From positions 1 through 46,806 of the forward strand of contig CAMLSW010000003.1 in the NCBI GenBank assembly GCA_946484195.1: a stretch of 46,806 nucleotides of DNA. The letters are read 5' to 3'. The DNA comes from an uncultured Clostridia bacterium. GTDB taxonomy: Bacteria > Bacillota > Clostridia > Christensenellales > UBA1242. This document shows positions 19,074-28,496 of the stretch, piece after piece; positions within the stretch are counted from its first letter, which is position 1, and each line of letters opens with the position of its first letter. Under the pieces are notes generated by a model. It had not been told where the DNA came from, did not search any database, and saw only the letters and a list, made by a program, of their open reading frames with translations. Position numbers and translations under genes: made by a program.

Positions 19074-21149
19074 ATGGCAACAAATAATCTAGAAATGACT
19101 AGAAACGTTGGTATTATGGCCCACATCGATGCTGGTAAGACCACCACAACAGAAAGAATCCTTTTCTATACTGGTAAGTCTCACAAAATCGGTGAAGTTC
19201 ACGATGGCGAAGCTACTATGGACTGGATGGCTCAAGAGCAAGAGCGTGGTATCACTATTACCTCTGCTTGTACCACTTGTAGCTGGAAGGGACACAAAAT
19301 CAACATCATCGACACTCCAGGACACGTTGACTTCACTATTGAGGTTGAGCGTTCACTTAAGGTTCTCGATGGTGCTGTGCTTGTACTTTCTGCACGTGAC
19401 ACAGTTCAGCCACAAACAGAAACTGTTTGGCGTCAAGCTACTAAATACAAGGTACCAACAATTATTTATGTAAATAAGATGGATAGAGATGCAGCCGATT
19501 TCTATAAATGTCTTGATTCTATCAGAAACAGACTTAAAACAAATCCGCTTGCTATTCAAATCCCTATCGGTGAGGCTGAAACCTTTAGTGGTATTATCGA
19601 CCTTCTTACAATGAAGGCTGAGATTTATAAAGATGACCTTGGAAAGGACATCGAAATCACTGATATTCCTGCTGACTACAAAGAAAAGGCAGAAAAATAT
19701 CGCAACGAACTTATAGAAAAGGTTGTTGAAACTGATGATGCTCTCCTTGAGAGATACTTTGAAGGAGAGGAAATCTCTATTGATGAGCTTAAGAAAGCTA
19801 TAAGAAAGGCAACTATCGCTAAAACTTTAGTTCCTGTTCTTTGCGGTTCATCATATAAGAATAAGGGCGTTCAAATGCTTCTTGACGCTATGGTTGAATA
19901 CCTTCCAAGCCCACTTGATATTGACCACATTACTGGTATCAACCCTGATACTGGTGAGACTGAGACTAGAGCTCCAGACGAAAACGCGCCTCTAGCAGGG
20001 CTTGCATTCAAGATTATGACCGACCCATATGTTGGCGGTCTTACCTTCTTCCGTGTTTATAGCGGTAAACTTACAGCTGGTTCTTATGTTTACAACTCTA
20101 ACACTGGCAAGACTGAAAGAGTTGGTCGTCTTATCCGTATGCACGCTAACACTCGTCAAGAAATTCAAGAGGTTAGCGCCGGCGATATCGCAGCTATCGT
20201 AGGTCTTAAAGATACAATCACTGGTCACACCCTTTGTGACGAAAAACATCCAATTCAGCTTGAGAGTATGGAGTTCCCTGAGCCTGTTATCCAGCTTGCT
20301 ATCGAGCCTAAAACAAAGGATATGCAAGAGAAGATGGCTCTCGCACTTGCAAAACTTTCAAGAGAAGACCCTTCATTTAGAGTTTCAACCAACCAAGAGA
20401 CAGGGCAAACCCTTATCGCTGGTATGGGTGAACTTCACCTTGAAATTATCGTAGATAGACTTTTAAGAGAGTTTAAAGTTGAAGCTACCGTTGGTAAACC
20501 TCAAGTTAGTTACCGTGAGGCTATCAAGAAGGCAGTTAGAGCTGAAGGCAAATTCATCCGTCAAAGCGGTGGTAAAGGTCAATATGGTCACGTTATCGTT
20601 GAAATGGAACCATTACCAGCTGGCTCTGGCTATGAATTCGTAGACAAGACTGTTGGTGGCTCTGTTCCAAAAGAATATATCCCTGCAGTCAATGCTGGTA
20701 TATCTGAAGCTCGTATGAATGGTGTACTTGCAGGTTATGAGACCGTTGACTTTAGAGTAACCCTTGTAGATGGTTCTTACCACGAGGTTGACTCTTCTGA
20801 AATGGCGTTCAAGATTGCCGGTTCTATGGCATTCCAAGATGGCGCTAAGAAGGCAGACCCTGTTATACTTGAGCCTATTATGAAGGTTTCAGTTGAAGTA
20901 CCTGAAGAGTATCTTGGTACCGTTATGGGCAACCTCACATCTCGTCGTGGTATGCTTACAGGTAACGAGTCTGTTGCCGGAGTGCAAATCGTTAACGCCG
21001 AGGTTCCTCTTGCTGAAATGTTCGGTTACGCAACCGACCTTCGTTCTCAGACACAGGGCAGAGGCAACTATGTTATGGAGCCACTTCGTTATCAAGAAGT
21101 TCCAAAATCTATTGCAGCTCAAATTATGGGAGAAAGGGCTAAGCAATAA
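19074..21149 (+). CDS. fusA: Elongation factor G
   Basis: [27 protein letters not shown] and GMGELHLE; ATG 19074 after AGGAG. Confidence 0.98.
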   Translation: MATNNLEMTRNVGIMAHIDAGKTTTTERILFYTGKSHKIGEVHDGEATMDWMAQEQERGITITSACTTCSWKGHKINIIDTPGHVDFTIEVERSLKVLDGAVLVLSARDTVQPQTETVWRQATKYKVPTIIYVNKMDRDAADFYKCLDSIRNRLKTNPLAIQIPIGEAETFSGIIDLLTMKAEIYKDDLGKDIEITDIPADYKEKAEKYRNELIEKVVETDDALLERYFEGEEISIDELKKAIRKATIAKTLVPVLCGSSYKNKGVQMLLDAMVEYLPSPLDIDHITGINPDTGETETRAPDENAPLAGLAFKIMTDPYVGGLTFFRVYSGKLTAGSYVYNSNTGKTERVGRLIRMHANTRQEIQEVSAGDIAAIVGLKDTITGHTLCDEKHPIQLESMEFPEPVIQLAIEPKTKDMQEKMALALAKLSREDPSFRVSTNQETGQTLIAGMGELHLEIIVDRLLREFKVEATVGKPQVSYREAIKKAVRAEGKFIRQSGGKGQYGHVIVEMEPLPAGSGYEFVDKTVGGSVPKEYIPAVNAGISEARMNGVLAGYETVDFRVTLVDGSYHEVDSSEMAFKIAGSMAFQDGAKKADPVILEPIMKVSVEVPEEYLGTVMGNLTSRRGMLTGNESVAGVQIVNAEVPLAEMFGYATDLRSQTQGRGNYVMEPLRYQEVPKSIAAQIMGERAKQ

Positions 21150-21709
21150 TGGATTACTTTAACAAGTTATCTAAATTTGATATAACTAAATTCTTAAGCG
21201 AAAATGACTTGTGCTCGGATAATGATGTAGTAAAGTTGTCTTATTCAAATTCACTATTAGATTCTTATCTGCAGGTTAAAGTTTTTGAAAAGGATAGAGA
21301 AAAGTGCACACTCTACCTTCGAAACTTTAGCTTGTATATAAAGACTGAAAGTGAGGTTGATAAAGCAAAATTGGAACTAGAATATCTGAAATTCCTAACA
21401 CAAAAGTTTAGCGCTAAAGACCAAAAAGATTTTGCCGATAATTGTTTCTTTGATTATCCGGCAGATTTAAAACACTTTTTGTCAAAGCTCTATAGGCTTG
21501 ACATAAAACAAAAGATTGGTTTGATTTTCCCAGCAAACCAAACAACTGGCAATTGTATTCCTTATGGACTGACCTCTTTAAGAAGCAAATTTTTTGAGGA
21601 TTCTAAGTCGTCTATAGCCCAATTTTTAGCTGGCTATTCAAGTGAAATTCACTCAAAATCCTTAGGCATTTATGAAAATGCCCTTCAAGATGAGGATGAA
21701 AACGCTTAA
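21149..21709 (+). CDS. Hypothetical protein between fusA and tuf
   Basis: 186-aa ORF coupled to fusA by a TAATG overlap; no recognisable motif. Confidence 0.7.
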   Translation: MDYFNKLSKFDITKFLSENDLCSDNDVVKLSYSNSLLDSYLQVKVFEKDREKCTLYLRNFSLYIKTESEVDKAKLELEYLKFLTQKFSAKDQKDFADNCFFDYPADLKHFLSKLYRLDIKQKIGLIFPANQTTGNCIPYGLTSLRSKFFEDSKSSIAQFLAGYSSEIHSKSLGIYENALQDEDENA

Positions 21710-21833
21710 AGAGGAAGATAAAGGTATAAATATTGTTAAAAATATTGAAAAAACATTTTGAAAATATAAAAAAGTATGCTAAAATACCATTAGCAAAAAA
21801 GAAAACTAATTAATTAAAAAGGAGATTATAAAA

Positions 21834-23021
21834 ATGGCAGAAGCTTATGTTAGATCTAAGCCACACGTAAACGTTGGTACAATTGGTCACGTTGACCACG
21901 GTAAGACAACACTTACAGCCGCAATCACTATGCTTTACGGCACACAAAAAATGAGATATGATGAAATCGATAAGGCTCCAGAAGAGAGAGCTAGAGGTAT
22001 TACAATCAATACCGCTCACGTAGAATATGAGACAGCTAAGAGACACTATGCTCACGTTGACTGTCCAGGACACGCTGACTACGTTAAGAATATGATTACT
22101 GGTGCTGCTCAAATGGACGGCGCTATCCTCGTAGTTGCTGCAACTGATGGTCCTATGCCTCAAACAAGAGAGCACATCCTTCTTGCAAGACAAGTAGGCG
22201 TTCCTTACATTGTAGTATTTATGAACAAGACTGATCAAGTTGACGATCCTGAACTTCTTGAACTTGTTGAAATGGAAATTAGAGACCTTCTTACTGAGTA
22301 TGGTTTCCCTGGCGACAAGACTCCTATCATCAAAGGTTCAGCTCTTAAAGCTCTTGAAGCTGCTCAAGCTGGCGATGTTAACAATGCTGCTTGTGACTGC
22401 ATCAGAGAACTTATGGACGCTCTTGATAGTTATATCCCAGAGCCAGAAAGAGACACTGATAAGCCTTTCTTGATGCCTGTTGAGGACGTATTCACTATCA
22501 CTGGTCGTGGTACTGTTGCAACTGGTAGAGTAGAGCGTGGTTCAGTTAAGATTGGTGACACAGTTGAAATCGTTGGTCTTGGTAAGAACAAGACAACAGT
22601 TGTAACTGGTGTTGAAATGTTCCACAAGTCTCTTGACGCTGCAATCGCAGGTGACAACGCTGGTCTTCTTCTTCGTGGTATCCAAAGAAACGAAGTTGAA
22701 AAAGGTCAAGTTCTTTGCAAACCAGGTTCAATTCACCCACACACTAAGTTCACAGCTCAAGTATACGTATTAAAGAAAGAGGAAGGCGGACGTCATACTC
22801 CATTCTTCAATGGTTACAGACCTCAATTCTTCTTCAGAACAACTGACGTTACTGGCGTTATTGAACTTGAGAAGGGCGTAGAAATGGTTATGCCTGGCGA
22901 CCACGTTAATATGACAATCACTCTTATTAATCCAGTTGCTATCGAGCAAGGACTTCGTTTCGCTATCCGTGAAGGTGGCAGAACAGTAGGTTCAGGTGTT
23001 GTATCTTCAATTATTGAATAA
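21834..23021 (+). CDS. tuf: Elongation factor Tu
   Basis: [21 protein letters not shown] and [11 protein letters not shown]. Confidence 0.99.
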   Translation: MAEAYVRSKPHVNVGTIGHVDHGKTTLTAAITMLYGTQKMRYDEIDKAPEERARGITINTAHVEYETAKRHYAHVDCPGHADYVKNMITGAAQMDGAILVVAATDGPMPQTREHILLARQVGVPYIVVFMNKTDQVDDPELLELVEMEIRDLLTEYGFPGDKTPIIKGSALKALEAAQAGDVNNAACDCIRELMDALDSYIPEPERDTDKPFLMPVEDVFTITGRGTVATGRVERGSVKIGDTVEIVGLGKNKTTVVTGVEMFHKSLDAAIAGDNAGLLLRGIQRNEVEKGQVLCKPGSIHPHTKFTAQVYVLKKEEGGRHTPFFNGYRPQFFFRTTDVTGVIELEKGVEMVMPGDHVNMTITLINPVAIEQGLRFAIREGGRTVGSGVVSSIIE

Positions 23022-23224
23022 TTTTAGATAGGACAAACAAATTTTAGAGTTGTACTCTATAAAAACTAAGTATTATTAAGCAAATTAAAGCATATACTCA
23101 AGCGAAAGTGCACATCGCGAGAATGTATATGCTTTTTTTGTTGCGGTTGTATTTGGAAAAAATCAATTAAAAATAAAATATTTAAATTTGTTTTTAATTT
23201 TGACGCAGTTTTGACGACAAGCAT

Positions 23225-23290
23225 TTGACAAAAAGAAAAATAAAGATTAAAATAGGGAGGAATAATGCAAAATATGTCGAAATTTTGCAT
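23225..23290 (+). promoter_or_regulatory. sigmaA-like promoter plus palindrome containing a Spo0A-box-like TGTCGAA
   Basis: TTGACA-17 bp-TAAAAT (23225-23253); ATGCAAAAT-ATGTCGAA-ATTTTGCAT (23265-23290). Confidence 0.65.
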
Positions 23291-23478
23291 AATGCTAGAT
23301 GATTTTACGCAAATTATATAACAAAAGCCGAAAGGCTCCACTTTACGACGAAAATTCCAGAGGAATTTTCTAGGGGGTGGAAAGGGAGTTCTTACCCCAC
23401 AGATTATACAATCTGCGGGGAACCCCGAGGGAGGAAAACCAAAAGCACTTTAGGGATACAATAAAAAAGGAGGATAAA

Positions 23479-24357
23479 ATGAGTCTAAAAGTAAAATTAT
23501 TATCTTGTATAAGTGTGTTTATTATCGTGGCAAGTTTGATGCTTATATCGGTGTTTGCAGCGACTAAAGTCACACTTAACATCGGCGGGAATGTTAGCTT
23601 TACCTCAAGTTCGGTAAACGCATACATTACAGGAAGTATTGCTGGAAATGCAGCTGGCGGGTCCACGCTTACACCAATCGACATCGACGCTAGCGACAGT
23701 GACGGCGCTGTGTCAATGCCAACAGATTGGACTGCTATGGATCTTACATTTACAGAGAGTGCAAGTCCAATAACAGTTACAATCAACATCCAAAACAGAA
23801 GTACTGACAGGGAAATAACTGTGTCACTCACTGACAGCACAAATATCTCAAATGTTACAGTAACAAGAGAGTGTGATGGCGCTGGTATTACTGCAAGTGA
23901 TAGCAGAAATATTTCAGGGGGAGAAACTATCACATACACCTTCGAGTTAAATGTGCAAAGCCAAAATAGTTCTGCAAGTGGTGATTTTGGGCTTTCTGTT
24001 GAGCTTGAGAAGTATGAGCCAGTTTATTATGATGTAACTATTAGTGGGGTTGATTTTTATGCAATAAATGGCGGCGAACTAATTAGTGTTCAACAATCAC
24101 AAACAGTGTCAGTAAAGGCTGACAGGGTAATCATTGGCTTTGGTATGGCGGAATATTTCTCTGCAAATTGGGATATGGAGCCAAACACAATGAACAACTA
24201 TTCGCAGAGCAGTGGGACTAGTGGACCTCCAATGACCATATCGGTAAAAGTTAATGATGTTGAGGTGGTTTCAGGCTCTTTTGGCTATGATCAAGCAGCT
24301 AATGGTTGCATTATATTATTAAATATAACCGAGCCTTCAACTATTACGGTTGATTAA
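23479..24357 (+). CDS. Exported beta-rich protein of unknown function, paralog of 3689-4531
   Basis: ATG 23479 after AAGGAGG; MSLKVKLL...SVFAA signal peptide followed by NIGGNVSFT. Confidence 0.8.
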   Translation: MSLKVKLLSCISVFIIVASLMLISVFAATKVTLNIGGNVSFTSSSVNAYITGSIAGNAAGGSTLTPIDIDASDSDGAVSMPTDWTAMDLTFTESASPITVTINIQNRSTDREITVSLTDSTNISNVTVTRECDGAGITASDSRNISGGETITYTFELNVQSQNSSASGDFGLSVELEKYEPVYYDVTISGVDFYAINGGELISVQQSQTVSVKADRVIIGFGMAEYFSANWDMEPNTMNNYSQSSGTSGPPMTISVKVNDVEVVSGSFGYDQAANGCIILLNITEPSTITVD

Positions 24358-24509
24358 TATTTAATAAAATAAACTTTACATTAAATTCCTTTTTGTGTTA
24401 TAATTTATTTATTAGAGTGAGGTTTCTATAATAAATAATGTATTCAAAACTATTCATATAAACATATGGATGGTAATGAAAGTGAATAACATAAAAAGGA
24501 ATTTTTATT

Positions 24510-24875
24510 ATGGGTTTTATGAACGGAATGTTTAAAGCGCTTGGTTTTGAAAGCGAAAACAAGACAAAGAAAGTAAAGAATAAGCCAAAAGCATCGTATA
24601 AACTTGGTGGAGGCAAAAAGTCGCGGCGCGTCGAAGATATTGACGGCGTGCCTGTATACTATCCTGAAACTTTTGAGCAGGCTAGGGAGTTCGTTGAGTT
24701 TTCTAAACAAAACAAAGCAATAATTATTTCTATCGAGGCAAGCGAGAGTGACGTTGCACTGCGTATCACTGACTATTTAAAAGGTTTTTGTTATGGAGCA
24801 GATGCAAAATTTATTCCGCTTAGTGACAATAAACTGTATCTAATATTACCGGAGGGTATGGAAGTTGAAGAGTAG
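24510..24875 (+). CDS. sepF: Cell division protein SepF
   Basis: Amphipathic N-terminus (MGFMNGMFKALGF), PETFEQA, RITDYLKGFCYG and YLILP. Confidence 0.85.
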   Translation: MGFMNGMFKALGFESENKTKKVKNKPKASYKLGGGKKSRRVEDIDGVPVYYPETFEQAREFVEFSKQNKAIIISIEASESDVALRITDYLKGFCYGADAKFIPLSDNKLYLILPEGMEVEE

Positions 24876-25716
24876 GCAGGAGTTAAAAATCTATCTAAAA
24901 AATAACAAAAGAGTTGTGTTATCTTTAGCCCTTGCTATTGGTCTTTTTGCCATTCTTTTAATATTTGATTTGCTTAGCAAGCATTTTATGTTCAAATCAT
25001 TGGTCGTCGCCGGTGACAGCAAGGATTTTATACCCGGCTTTATCAATTTTGTCCGTGTAGAGAACACTGGCGCGGCTTGGGGAATGCTGGCAGGACGCCC
25101 TATAATTTTAATTATTTTGACAATAGTCATACTAATTGTATACCTTTGGTTCTATTATGCAAGGTTAAAAAAACACAAAAATAACACCTCACTTCTTCTA
25201 AGTATCAGTGTTGGTTTTATCACTGGTGGATGTATTGGCAATTTAGTCGACAGAATTGCGCTTGGATATGTGCGCGATTTTATCAACTTTCAGTTTATGG
25301 ATTTCCCTGTTTTTAACGTTGCTGATATCTGTCTGACGATAGGTGTCATTCTAATGATAGTGTATTTTATCTTCTTTTATAACAGGGAAGACGAGTATTT
25401 GCAACTCATAACCGTTCATATTGAAAAATTTAGAGATATGAGTGAGATAGAAAAGCTAGAAAATAAAGACATTATCAGATTTTCAAGTGAGGATGGCTCT
25501 GAACTCGAGGATGTTGAAAGCGAAAATAAGGATTTGGACGAAAAATTAGAGGGCAAAGAACGGCTTGAGAATAAAGAACAACTTGAAAGCAAAGATGCTA
25601 GCGAAAAGACAGATAGCCATACCGAGAACGACAACAAAGATGACAACAATAGTAAAAGTGAGCCAAAAGATGACATTAAGTCCACAAAATCAAAGTTAAA
25701 AGATGGTGAGAAATGA
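24865..25716 (+). CDS. lspA: Lipoprotein signal peptidase II with acidic C-terminal tail
   Basis: NTGAAWG, GNLVDRI, VRDFI and FPVFNVAD motifs. Confidence 0.93.
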   Translation: MKSRQELKIYLKNNKRVVLSLALAIGLFAILLIFDLLSKHFMFKSLVVAGDSKDFIPGFINFVRVENTGAAWGMLAGRPIILIILTIVILIVYLWFYYARLKKHKNNTSLLLSISVGFITGGCIGNLVDRIALGYVRDFINFQFMDFPVFNVADICLTIGVILMIVYFIFFYNREDEYLQLITVHIEKFRDMSEIEKLENKDIIRFSSEDGSELEDVESENKDLDEKLEGKERLENKEQLESKDASEKTDSHTENDNKDDNNSKSEPKDDIKSTKSKLKDGEK

Positions 25717-26615
25717 AAGGCGAGTTTTTGATTGAAATGGGGGAGGCAGGGAAGCGTCTTGATGTGGTCTTTAACGAGCGTTTTCCGCAATTGACACGTT
25801 CTCATATAAAAAAATTGATAGAAGAGGGCACAATTCTTCTAAATAATAGCCAGCGCAAAGCAGGCGAAAAGGTTCGGGAGGGTGACCGCGTCGCCTACAG
25901 CTATGAAGAAAATAAGCCTCTTTCCGCCGAAGCCGAAGATATAGATTTTGACATTGTATACGAGGACAAGGACTTGATAGTTGTCAATAAGCCTCAGGGA
26001 CTAGTTGTCCATCCGTGCGCATCGACGAAGAGTGGTACTCTTGTAAATGGACTGTTATATAAAATAAAAGATTTGAGTGGAATAAACGGTGTTCTTCGCC
26101 CGGGCATTGTACATAGGCTTGATAAAAACACCTCAGGGCTTATGGTGGTTGCCAAAAATGATTTTGCACATCTTTCGCTTGCCAAACAAATTAAAGATAA
26201 GACTTGCAAGCGTAATTACATTGCACTTTGCGAGGGGGTATTTGGCAAAACCGAAGGCAAAATAGAGACCTTCATCGAGCGAAGTAAGTCTGACAGAAAA
26301 AAGATGGCTGTGTCTGATAAGGGCAAGAAGGCGGTTACAAACTATAAAGTTATCAAAGTTTATCCTAATTCTAAAAAAACATTGGTTGAATTTTCGCTTG
26401 AGACGGGCAGGACTCATCAAATACGCGTCCATTGCAAAACGATGAACCATCCAATTGTTGGCGATGATGTGTATGGTAAGACTGACAAAAAACTGAAAGG
26501 GCAACTGCTACATTCTTATAAGATTACGTTTGTTCATCCGCGCACTTCGCAGGAGATGACATTTGAAGTTGATTTGCCTGACTACTTTAAAGATTATATT
26601 AAAGACTTAAAATAA
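25713..26615 (+). CDS. rluD: RluA-family pseudouridine synthase
   Basis: S4 domain, NKPQGLVVHP, GIVHRLDKNTSG and LETGRTHQIRVH. Confidence 0.92.
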   Translation: MKGEFLIEMGEAGKRLDVVFNERFPQLTRSHIKKLIEEGTILLNNSQRKAGEKVREGDRVAYSYEENKPLSAEAEDIDFDIVYEDKDLIVVNKPQGLVVHPCASTKSGTLVNGLLYKIKDLSGINGVLRPGIVHRLDKNTSGLMVVAKNDFAHLSLAKQIKDKTCKRNYIALCEGVFGKTEGKIETFIERSKSDRKKMAVSDKGKKAVTNYKVIKVYPNSKKTLVEFSLETGRTHQIRVHCKTMNHPIVGDDVYGKTDKKLKGQLLHSYKITFVHPRTSQEMTFEVDLPDYFKDYIKDLK

Positions 26616-26773
26616 GATTATGTAAAATTGGGAAATATTAAGATAAAAAATATCTTAATATACAATTTTTGAGATATATTATAGTTAAAATAATTAAAAA
26701 TATAAAATTTTATTTAAAATAACAAAATTTAATAACAAGATTTTGTTTTGTAACAAAATTATATGAATATAAT

Positions 26774-26803
26774 AAAAAAAATCGGCTAAATACCGATTTT
26801 TTT
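26774..26803. terminator. Bidirectional intrinsic terminator
   Basis: A-run ATCGG-loop-CCGAT T-run between convergent genes. Confidence 0.65.
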
Positions 26804-26911
26804 GTGAATTTTATGCTCATTTGTTTAATTTAATAATCATTAGCTTATTAATTTAATAATTATCATATAAAAAAGTTTCTTAATTTAATTATAACCCAAT
26901 TGCAAATGATA

Positions 26912-27298
26912 TTAAAGCTGGTCTGGAACTTGAAATTCGGTGATACCGACATTTCTTTTCTTTCTTTCAATTTCTATCATATTTGATATAAGGTCACGCA
27001 CTTTATATGGATTTTTTATATGTCTCATATGAAAGATAGGGGCGTGAGCGTCATTACTTGCAATTTCAATGGTGCCAGTCCTGAAAATTTTATCTGCAAA
27101 AGAGACAAAAAGTGTGACATCATAGCATCTGTAGACGTTGATATCGTCTATTATTGCATTTAAAAAGCCTTTGTGTCTGAAGAATTTAACCCATTCGCCT
27201 TCTTTCTTAACAATATAATATCTATAAAAAGATATAGGAAGCCCAAAATGGCGCTTTCTATCTCTCCATATAACTTCGCAGTTTTTATCAAATTTCAT
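26912..27298 (-). CDS. Bacterial PH-domain (bPH_2-like) protein, copy A
   Basis: IWRDRKR.FGLPISF.RY, YR..DV.L and IF..GTI pattern; RBS AAGGAG. Confidence 0.8.
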   Translation of the reverse strand: MKFDKNCEVIWRDRKRHFGLPISFYRYYIVKKEGEWVKFFRHKGFLNAIIDDINVYRCYDVTLFVSFADKIFRTGTIEIASNDAHAPIFHMRHIKNPYKVRDLISNMIEIERKKRNVGITEFQVPDQL

Positions 27299-27365
27299 AG
27301 TAACTCCTTGTTAGGCTTTTAATTGTTTAAAATTCAAAAACAAAAAGCCCACGCTTTTGCAAAAA

Positions 27366-27740
27366 TTATGTTTGAAACTCGGTGATACCAACGTGACGTT
27401 TCTTTCTTTCGATTTCGATAAGTCCAGAAAGCAGGTCTCTAACCTTATATGGATTTGCAATGTGTCTCATATGGAAGGTTGGAGAACTTTCGTCATTGGC
27501 TGAGACCTCAATGGTGCCTGTTCTAAAGATTTTGTCTCCAAGTGATTGAAAGAGGGTGACATCAAAGCATCTATAGATGTTAACCTCGTCTATTATCGAA
27601 TTGAAGAAACCTTTGTGTCTAAAACTCTTTACCCATTGTCCCTCTTTTTTAACTATATAGTATCTTGTAAAAGATATTGGCAAGCCGAAGTATCTCTTTC
27701 TGTCGTGCCAAATGATTTCGCAGTCTTTATCAAACTTCAT
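27366..27740 (-). CDS. Bacterial PH-domain (bPH_2-like) protein, copy B
   Basis: Colinear tandem paralog of 26912-27298; RBS AGGAGG. Confidence 0.8.
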   Translation of the reverse strand: MKFDKDCEIIWHDRKRYFGLPISFTRYYIVKKEGQWVKSFRHKGFFNSIIDEVNIYRCFDVTLFQSLGDKIFRTGTIEVSANDESSPTFHMRHIANPYKVRDLLSGLIEIERKKRHVGITEFQT

Positions 27741-27920
27741 ATTTCCTCCTAAAAATAATTTATGACTATATATTCTATTTTAAATTAAAATAAACAAAAA
27801 GTAAAGAGTTTTTATCAAAAAAAATAGGCAAAAAGATCAAAACTCTTTCTGCCTATGTAAAATGTGTGATTTAAGGGGTATTATATATGATTTTATCAAG
27901 TTTATTTTAAAATTTATCTA

Positions 27921-28127
27921 TTATTTGCAAGAGCAACCATTGCCGCAGCATCCGCACAAGAGTAAAAGTATTATTAGAGTGCAACAATCCATTCCGCAAC
28001 CGTTATTGCCATTGCCACAAAGGCATTGGAGAAGGATTATCCAGATTAAAAGCGAGCAGCAGTCACAACCATTGTTGCAACCAGAGCCAAAGCCCCCACC
28101 GCAAGATGAGTTGTTAAAAAAGTTCAT
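27921..28127 (-). CDS. Small Cys/Gly-rich hydrophobic protein, possibly spore-associated
   Basis: AGGAGG RBS; duplicated NNGC..DCC.L.I...LL motif; downstream hairpin near 27825-27855. Confidence 0.7.
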   Translation of the reverse strand: MNFFNNSSCGGGFGSGCNNGCDCCSLLIWIILLQCLCGNGNNGCGMDCCTLIILLLLCGCCGNGCSCK

Positions 28128-28427
28128 TTGTTCCTCCTAAAAGTTTCTTATGTAATTGAAAGATTTTCCTTTCACATTATCATACTACTAAAAATACCCA
28201 AAAAGTGTGCAAGAATTATCTTTTTTTCTCTAGAAAATTTTTCGACAAAACAAGTGCTTTTTAGACAGCATACTTTTGGGGACACTTTCGCACAATAGAC
28301 GTGAAGATATTTCTTCAAAACAAAATGTATTTTCACAATTTTGGCTTAAAAAGTTCTCCAGTAGCGCCTAAAAATCAAAGATATTTGGCTGTTGTGATAA
28401 AATATTTTGTTTTATTGTTATTTTTTG

Positions 28428-28456
28428 TTGACTTAAGAAAAAAAATAGTTTAAAAT
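28428..28456 (+). promoter_or_regulatory. sigmaA-like promoter of the surface protein gene
   Basis: TTGACT-17 bp (contains A8)-TAAAAT, followed by AGGG. Confidence 0.6.
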
Positions 28457-28496
28457 AGGGTGTTACTAAATTTATAATGTAATTGAGAGGTTATAT

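Noticed and set aside
23300-23460. c-di-GMP riboswitch
   Set aside because: A GNRA hairpin is present, but the GGCAAAC...GACGCAAAG core is absent.
23377-23478. 34-aa N-terminal extension of the exported protein
   Set aside because: The strong RBS and homology with the paralog place the start at 23479.
27862-28140. Gln/Pro-rich plus-strand ORF
   Set aside because: Antisense shadow of the Cys-rich gene, which has the RBS.
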